A stretch of DNA of 32,000 bases from Guillardia theta nucleomorph (lineage: Eukaryota > Protista > Cryptophyta). Shown in pieces: positions 26,697-32,000 of this stretch (positions within the stretch are counted from its first letter, which is position 1; each line of letters starts with the position of its first letter). A model generated the notes under the pieces. It did no database searches. It was not told the DNA's origin and saw only the letters and a program-made list of their open reading frames with translations. The position numbers were made by a program, and so were the translations under genes. The stretch covers positions 1 through 32,000 of the forward strand of contig AJ010592.2 of the NCBI GenBank assembly GCA_000002975.1. Reading direction: 5' to 3'.

Positions 26697-26740
26697 GTAA
26701 AATAATTATAGTTAAGTTACGATTTTTTTTTGTTTTATAA

Positions 26741-27220
26741 ATGTTTGTTAATAATTTATTAATTGATTGCAGATTTGTAAAAAATACTTGTCATTTCAAA
26801 GTAAATAAAAAATTCAACTTAATTCAAGTTAATTCAAGCAATTTATCTGATGAGGAAAAATCTAGTAGAATCGACGAAATTTTAAGACTTAAAAATGCTG
26901 AAAAATTCATGGAGATCGACGAAGGCAAATATGAATGTGAAGCTTGTGGTTATATTTATGAGCCAGAAAAAGGAGATAAATTTGCTGGCATACCACCAGG
27001 GACACCATTTGTAGATTTATCAGATTCATTTATGTGTCCAGCATGTAGATCACCTAAAAATCAGTTTAAAAGTATCAAAAAAGTAATCGCAGGTTTTGCA
27101 GAAAATCAAAAATATGGTTTGGGTGGAAATTCATTAACAAGCGGCCAAAAAAACACACTTATATATGGAGTGTTAGTATTGTTATTTTTATTATTACTAA
27201 GTGGTTATTTAATTGAATAG
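26741..27220 (+). CDS. rub: Plastid-targeted membrane-anchored rubredoxin (RubA/RBD1 type)
   Basis: YECEACGYIYEP.KGD...CPAC; FAENQKYGLGGN; C-terminal transmembrane helix; N-terminal presequence. Confidence 0.96.
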   Translation: MFVNNLLIDCRFVKNTCHFKVNKKFNLIQVNSSNLSDEEKSSRIDEILRLKNAEKFMEIDEGKYECEACGYIYEPEKGDKFAGIPPGTPFVDLSDSFMCPACRSPKNQFKSIKKVIAGFAENQKYGLGGNSLTSGQKNTLIYGVLVLLFLLLLSGYLIE

Positions 27221-27255
27221 GCTCTTTCCTATCACTCAATTTATAGATAAGCATT

Positions 27256-27564
27256 ATGACTGACAAAATTACAAAAAAAAAAAGAAACGAAACTTATTCA
27301 ATTTACATATACAAAGTATTAAGACAAGTTCATCCAAAGATTGGTGTTTCATCAAAAGCAATGAACATAATGAATAGTTTTGTCAATGATTTATTCGAAA
27401 GGCTTGTTTCCGAGTCTTATAACCTATCAAATAGCAGTAGATCTAAAACTCTCACGGCTAGAGAAATACAAACTTCTGTAAGATTAGTGATCCCAGGTGA
27501 GCTTGCAAAGCATTCAGTATCCGAAGGAACAAAAGCTGTAGCTAAATATAGAAGTTCCATATGA
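27256..27564 (+). CDS. h2b: Histone H2B with a very short N-terminal tail
   Basis: [50 protein letters not shown]. Confidence 0.98.
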   Translation: MTDKITKKKRNETYSIYIYKVLRQVHPKIGVSSKAMNIMNSFVNDLFERLVSESYNLSNSSRSKTLTAREIQTSVRLVIPGELAKHSVSEGTKAVAKYRSSI

Positions 27565-27587
27565 ATCTCAAGCTGTTTTGGTATAAT

Positions 27588-28229
27588 TTACATGTCATCT
27601 TCTTCATCTGGTAAAGCTATCTGTTGGGCTTTATTCAACTCTTCTTCCATTTCTTTTTTTCTAAACTCTTCAATAACTATTTCTGCGGGAGCAAGTGCTG
27701 GACTTTCGACAAATATTAGATTGGGATCACCGGTTAGCTTTTTACTTAACCATAAAAAAGGTTTTTCGAAGTTATAATTGGATTTAGCTGAGATATCATA
27801 ATATTGAAGATTTTTTTTTCTGTGAAAAGTAATTTGTTTAGCTTTTACCTTTCTGTCTCTAATATCTACTTTATTTCCAACTAAAACAATGGGAATATTG
27901 TCACAAACTCTTGTTAAGTCTCTATGCCAATTTGGAACGTTTTTATATGTCAATCTGGAAGTAACATCAAACATAATAATTGCAGCCTGACCTTGAATAT
28001 AATAACCGTCTCTAAGTCCGCCAAACTTTTCTTGTCCAGCAGTATCCCAGATGTTGAAAATAATTTCACCTGAGGAACTGAAAAATTTTAGAGGATGAAC
28101 TTCAACGCCTAATGTAGCAATATATTTTTTTTCAAACTCACCAGTTAAATGCCTTTTTACAAATGTAGTTTTACCCACACCCCCATCACCAACTAGTATT
28201 AGTTTAAATATATTGTTAATATTTTCCAT
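27588..28229 (-). CDS. ran: Ran GTPase
   Basis: [33 protein letters not shown], acidic C-terminus DEEDDM. Confidence 0.98.
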   Translation of the reverse strand: MENINNIFKLILVGDGGVGKTTFVKRHLTGEFEKKYIATLGVEVHPLKFFSSSGEIIFNIWDTAGQEKFGGLRDGYYIQGQAAIIMFDVTSRLTYKNVPNWHRDLTRVCDNIPIVLVGNKVDIRDRKVKAKQITFHRKKNLQYYDISAKSNYNFEKPFLWLSKKLTGDPNLIFVESPALAPAEIVIEEFRKKEMEEELNKAQQIALPDEEDDM

Positions 28230-28256
28230 TTAAATAAATAAAGGCTGGCCTGGCAA

Positions 28257-28580
28257 TTACAATAGTTCATTAAAATTAACTTCACCCGATTCTGTTATAC
28301 CCAAGCAAGAGCATCCATAAGATTTACCACATGATAAACCTAAATCAACATTATTTCCGTAAAAGTGATGAACATGACACTTGTTTAACATTGCATAATA
28401 TTCTAATTCAAGCTTTCTTAAAGGTATGCAATTATCCGTAATTATTATCATCTTACATTTACCACTTCTTAGATTTTTTAATGTAGCTTTATAGCCGTAA
28501 GAAAATTTACCTGTTTTAATAATTATTTTTAACTTAGACGACAGTAGCTCAGATGTAGATTTGTTTTTTAAAGGCTTCAT
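28257..28580 (-). CDS. rpl30: 60S ribosomal protein L30 (eL30)
   Basis: KTGKFSYGYKATLKNLRSGK, LEYYAML, HHFYGNNVDLG..CGK. Confidence 0.96.
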   Translation of the reverse strand: MKPLKNKSTSELLSSKLKIIIKTGKFSYGYKATLKNLRSGKCKMIIITDNCIPLRKLELEYYAMLNKCHVHHFYGNNVDLGLSCGKSYGCSCLGITESGEVNFNELL

Positions 28581-28597
28581 TAATATTAGAAAGTGTA

Positions 28598-28668
28598 GGT
28601 TTTATGGTGTAATGGTAGCACAATGGTCTCTGAATCCATTAATACGAGTTCGATTCTCGTTAAAACCT
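28598..28668 (+). tRNA. trnQ: tRNA-Gln(CUG)
   Basis: Acceptor GGTTTTA/TAAAACC; D stem GTGT/GCAC; anticodon arm ATGGT-CT-CTG-AA-TCCAT (U31-U39 mismatch); T arm ACGAG-TTCGATT-CTCGT; T5 at 28668-28672. Confidence 0.93.
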
Positions 28669-28803
28669 TTTTCTTGCAATATATTCTACGACCTCATCTG
28701 ATCGTTTTTTATATAATATTCGACAACCGCATGATTTACAAGTTAGAGATGTTAAATCTGATATGTTAATCAACATTCCACATTCGCTACAAATATATTC
28801 CAT
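28660..28803 (-). CDS. rpb12: RNA polymerase I/II/III shared subunit Rpb12 (RPABC4/RPC10); 47 aa from ATG 28803, or 73 aa from in-frame ATG 28881
   Basis: YICSECG...CKSCGCRILYKKRS...YIAR zinc ribbon typical of Rpb12. Start codon is ambiguous. Confidence 0.92.
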   Translation of the reverse strand: MEYICSECGMLINISDLTSLTCKSCGCRILYKKRSDEVVEYIARKRF

Positions 28804-28805
28804 TT

Positions 28806-28902
28806 CGCACACGGCAAGATTCGAACTTGCGAAGGTAGTACCCAAGAGATTCTTATTTTCTAATCTCTCGCCTTGTAACATAAACCACTCGGCCACGTGT
28901 GC
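28806..28902 (-). tRNA. trnS: tRNA-Ser(AGA) with two tiny insertions interpreted as introns (D-loop ~8 nt, anticodon loop 7 nt)
   Basis: Acceptor GCACACG/CGTGTGC plus G73; D arm GCCG-AGTGGTT[TATGTTAC]A-AGGC; anticodon arm AGAGA-TT-AGA-A[AATAAGA]A-TCTCT; long variable arm; T arm GCAAG-TTCGAAT-CTTGC. 97 nt minus 15 gives the usual 82 nt. Confidence 0.9.
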
Positions 28903-28912
28903 TTTAAATAAA

Positions 28913-29152
28913 ATGGTAGGTATTAATTTATCATTGACTCATAATCAGATAATATAGGATCAAACTGGAAAATTAGCAAAAGTAATTAAAATAATTGGGA
29001 AAACTGGATCTAGAGGAGGTATTACACAGGTTAAGGTTGAATTTTTAGACGATAAATCTAGAACTTTGATAAGAAACGTAAAAGGATCAGTAAGAGAAGG
29101 TGATATTTTGGTTTTAATAGAATCTGAAAGGGAAGCTAGAAAAATTAAATGA
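28913..29152 (+). CDS. rps28: 40S ribosomal protein S28 (eS28); exons 28913-28915 and 28958-29152, 65 aa; absent from the ORF track
   Basis: Spliced product [65 protein letters not shown]. Confidence 0.96.
28916..28957 (+). other. Spliceosomal intron in rps28, 42 nt
   Basis: ATG|GTAGGT...TTGAC...ATATAG|GAT; the acceptor TAG is an in-frame stop if unspliced. Confidence 0.9.
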
Positions 29153-29170
29153 TTTAATTTAAATTAAAGT

Positions 29171-29662
29171 TTAATTTTGTTTTAAACTCATTGAACTGTC
29201 AAAACGCCAATTAATTGGTATTCTCTGTATTCTCTTGTAATATCTAGATAACCTATGAATTTTACTTTCCGTTAGAATAAGTCTAAATTTTGAATCTTTA
29301 TCTTTTTTATTTCTTTCTAGATGTTTTTTGATATTAATTGCTTTTTTAATTAAAAAGAATAAATCTTCAGGAATTTCAGGGTTGAGTCCATTTTTTTTTA
29401 AAATTTTTACTATATTGCGGCCGGCAATGTTTTTGACCAAAGGAATACCAGCAGAATCTCTTAGATATGAACCTATTTGAGAGGGCACTAAACCTTTTTT
29501 TGCCAAATTGCATATGATTTCATTGATTTTTTCTTTAGAATCTTTTACCCATAATGGAGCATTTCTTTCAAATGGTATAAGAGAAGAAGCAATTCCTTTT
29601 CTAATTTTATTAATCGATAATAATTTTTAAGTTAAGACTATAACTTACCGTTTACCAATCAT
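29171..29662 (-). CDS. rps13: 40S ribosomal protein S13 (uS15); exons 29662-29649 and 29600-29171
   Basis: Spliced product MIGKRKGIASSLIPFERNAPLW...LAKKGLVPSQIG..LRD...IPEDL...KHLERNKKDKDSKFRLILTESKIHRL. Confidence 0.96.
29601..29648 (-). other. Spliceosomal intron in rps13, 48 nt
   Basis: CG|GTAAGT...AAATTAG|A; removal restores RKGIASS. The unspliced frame stops at codon 6. Confidence 0.92.
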
Positions 29663-29715
29663 CTTAATAATAAATAGCTTTTATAATAAAAGCTGCATTA
29701 CCACGTCTCGGCAAT

Positions 29716-31062
29716 ATGAGAGAAGTATTATCAATTCATATTGGTCAAGCCGGAATTCAAGTAGGGAATGCGTGCTGGGAGTTGTATTGTTTAGAGCATG
29801 GCATAAATCCAGATGGTTCTATAATACAAGATTTCAACAAAAAAAAAAATGACGATGCGTTTTCGACTTTTTTTAGTGAAACAAGTACCGGTAAAAGAGT
29901 TCCAAGATGTGTTTTTTTAGACCTTGAATCTGGTGTTATTGATGAAGTTAAAAATGGTCGATACAAAAATTTATACCATCCAGAACAATTGATATGTGGA
30001 AATGAAGACGCAGCCAATAATTATGCAAGAGGACATTATACTATTGGAAAAGAAATAATTGAAATAGCTTTGGATAGAATAAGAAAATTAGTAGAAAATT
30101 GCTCAGGTTTACAGGGCTTCTTGATTTTTAATTCAGTTGGAGGTGGAACAGGTTCTGGTTTAGGCTCTTTATTGTTGGAAAGACTAAGTCTAGATTACGG
30201 AAAAAAATCTAAGTTAGGCTTTACAGTTTACCCTTCGCCACAAGTTTCAACTGCCGTAGTAGAACCATATAACAGCGTTTTGGCAACACATTCTCTATTG
30301 GAACACACTGATGTTGCAGTTGTTTTAGATAATGAAGCAATTTACGAAATATGCCAAAGATCTTTAAACATAGAAAGACCAACATATACAAATTTAAATA
30401 GGCTTATTGCTCAGGTAATATCATCTATTACAGCATCCTTAAGGTTTGATGGGGCCTTGAATGTTGATATTACGGAATTTCAGACAAACTTGGTACCTTA
30501 TCCAAGAATTCACTTCATGTTGTCATCTTTAGCACCAGTTATTTCTTTAGAAATGGCTAATCATGAACAATATTCAACTGCAGAAATAACTAACGCAGCA
30601 TTTGAACCAAACTCTATGATGGCAAAATGTGATCCAAGAAGAGGTAAATATATGGCTTGTTGTTTAATGTTTAGAGGAGACGTTGCACCTAAAGATGTCA
30701 ATGGGTCTGTTGCTGCAATAAAAACTAAAAAAACCATACAGTTTGTCGATTGGTGTCCAACTGGTTTCAAATGTGGAATAAATTATCAGCCTCCAACTGT
30801 CGTTCCTGATGGTGATCTAGCAAAAGTTGATAGAGCAGTTTGTATGATATCAAACAGTACAGCGATTTCAGAAGTGTTTAGCAGAATAAACAAAAAATTT
30901 GATTTAATGTATTCGAAGCGGGCTTTCGTCCATTGGTATGTGGGCGAAGGAATGGAGGAAGGAGAATTCAATGAAGCTAGAGAAGATATGGCGGCACTTG
31001 AGAAGGATTATGAAGAAGTAGGATCCGAAAGTCAAGATTTAATTAGTAATTCATTCTTTTGA
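29716..31062 (+). CDS. tubA: Alpha-tubulin
   Basis: [56 protein letters not shown]. Confidence 0.99.
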   Translation: MREVLSIHIGQAGIQVGNACWELYCLEHGINPDGSIIQDFNKKKNDDAFSTFFSETSTGKRVPRCVFLDLESGVIDEVKNGRYKNLYHPEQLICGNEDAANNYARGHYTIGKEIIEIALDRIRKLVENCSGLQGFLIFNSVGGGTGSGLGSLLLERLSLDYGKKSKLGFTVYPSPQVSTAVVEPYNSVLATHSLLEHTDVAVVLDNEAIYEICQRSLNIERPTYTNLNRLIAQVISSITASLRFDGALNVDITEFQTNLVPYPRIHFMLSSLAPVISLEMANHEQYSTAEITNAAFEPNSMMAKCDPRRGKYMACCLMFRGDVAPKDVNGSVAAIKTKKTIQFVDWCPTGFKCGINYQPPTVVPDGDLAKVDRAVCMISNSTAISEVFSRINKKFDLMYSKRAFVHWYVGEGMEEGEFNEAREDMAALEKDYEEVGSESQDLISNSFF

Positions 31063-31309
31063 AAATAAAATCACGAATAAAATTGTAATGGCATTTTAAA
31101 GCTATTTTATTTAAAAATTTTGGGTATAAAATTAAAATTTTAACAAAATAAGATCTTAATGTAAAAACTCTTTTTTTAATTGTGAAAATTTTTCGAAATT
31201 TTGACTTAAGATTTTTGTTTACAAAATTCTTTTTACTAAAGTTTAAAAAAAGTTTTTTAATAGAATAGATTTTAAGTTATATCGAATTTTACATTTATTA
31301 AAATCAAAT

Positions 31310-32000
31310 TCAATATATTTTCTTTCTAAAAAAATTTTCTATTATAAAACCTTGAAATAAAATGTTGAAAAAATTGAGTTTAAATATTTTCCCAAAATTA
31401 TTTGTTAAATCATCTCTTTTATTGTATTTAAATAAAAATTTATTATCACAGAAGATAAGAGATTTCGAATTATAAAGAAAAAGGTAACCAGTTTTGTTCT
31501 CAATATTTTGAAAGTTTCGAATTTCGATGTTTGTTTTTGGATTAATATTACTACAAATCAAAAAGTTAAAATAATTTACTTGATTAAGAAAAACATAAGA
31601 ATTTTCTTTAATAAAACAATAATTTAGAATATAAGAATACAGAATCAATTCTAAATCTTTTGTAAATTCAAAATTTTTTATTTTTATATTTAAAAATATT
31701 TCTTTTGATATTGAACTTATTTTGATAAGCTCCATATATTCACTGAAACTTTTAAACAAAGGATTAAATCTTAATTTGCTTTGTTTTGGATAGAATAAAT
31801 TTTGAGTAAATAAGATTTTTTTTCTAGATAAATAATAATTTAATTTTTCATTAAAGTGCACGGAACTATTTCTCAATCTGAAATATTCTTTATTATTATC
31901 TTTGAAATTCAAATTATAATTATTTAAAAAGAAAAAATCATTAAAAACACAATCTTTTTTTTCACTACATAAAAAAATATCATTTAACGTAGATTTTTTG
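31310..32000 (-). CDS. Orphan protein, 5'-partial (frame open to the window edge); possibly extends to 31043 via frameshifts
   Basis: No stop from 31999 to 31313 in very AT-rich DNA; no recognisable motif. Confidence 0.7.
   Translation of the reverse strand, partial: KKSTLNDIFLCSEKKDCVFNDFFFLNNYNLNFKDNNKEYFRLRNSSVHFNEKLNYYLSRKKILFTQNLFYPKQSKLRFNPLFKSFSEYMELIKISSISKEIFLNIKIKNFEFTKDLELILYSYILNYCFIKENSYVFLNQVNYFNFLICSNINPKTNIEIRNFQNIENKTGYLFLYNSKSLIFCDNKFLFKYNKRDDLTNNFGKIFKLNFFNILFQGFIIENFFRKKIY

Noticed and set aside
16993-27220. ftsZ and rubredoxin as recent bacterial HGT or contamination
   Set aside because: Both have presequences and local base composition; they are endosymbiotic cyanobacterial-origin genes.
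27220-27230. GGCTCTTT resembling the histone 3' stem-loop
   Set aside because: It lies upstream of H2B and lacks the complementary arm.
15890-30971. Short antisense ORFs inside mcm3, rps4, ftsZ, eif2A, ranbpm, ran and tubA
   Set aside because: Antisense shadows of real genes.

Overview
Telomere-containing end of a cryptophyte nucleomorph chromosome, the relic red-algal nucleus. The 23-nt telomere unit (reverse complement (AG)7AAG6A) and the gene set (ftsZ, rubredoxin, alpha-tubulin, RanBPM) match what I recall for Guillardia theta, probably chromosome 2; this is from memory, not a search. Positions 1 to ~13.9 kb are a GC-richer subtelomeric block: telomere, 5S rRNA (+), a 28S-5.8S-18S unit transcribed toward the telomere (-), a ~4 kb spacer, ubc4 and tbp. 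From ~14 kb to 32 kb the DNA is very AT-rich and gene-dense: mcm3, rps4, ftsZ, eIF2alpha, proteasome alpha, CCT-gamma, TFIIA-gamma, two orphans, ranbpm, rps3a, rubredoxin, H2B, Ran, rpl30, tRNA-Gln, rpb12, tRNA-Ser, rps28, rps13, alpha-tubulin and a partial orphan. Three 42-48 nt spliceosomal introns missed by the ORF track are resolved. The best lead is a two-intron tRNA-Ser gene lying on the same strand as, and in frame with, rpb12: the D-loop intron supplies an ATG, the anticodon intron sets the frame, and no Pol III terminator occurs until the rpb12 stop. Other leads are apparently ATPase-dead MCM3 and CCT-gamma, an orphan with a TFIIIC-like zinc finger, an alpha-tubulin lacking its acidic tail, and an orphan broken by compensating frameshifts.
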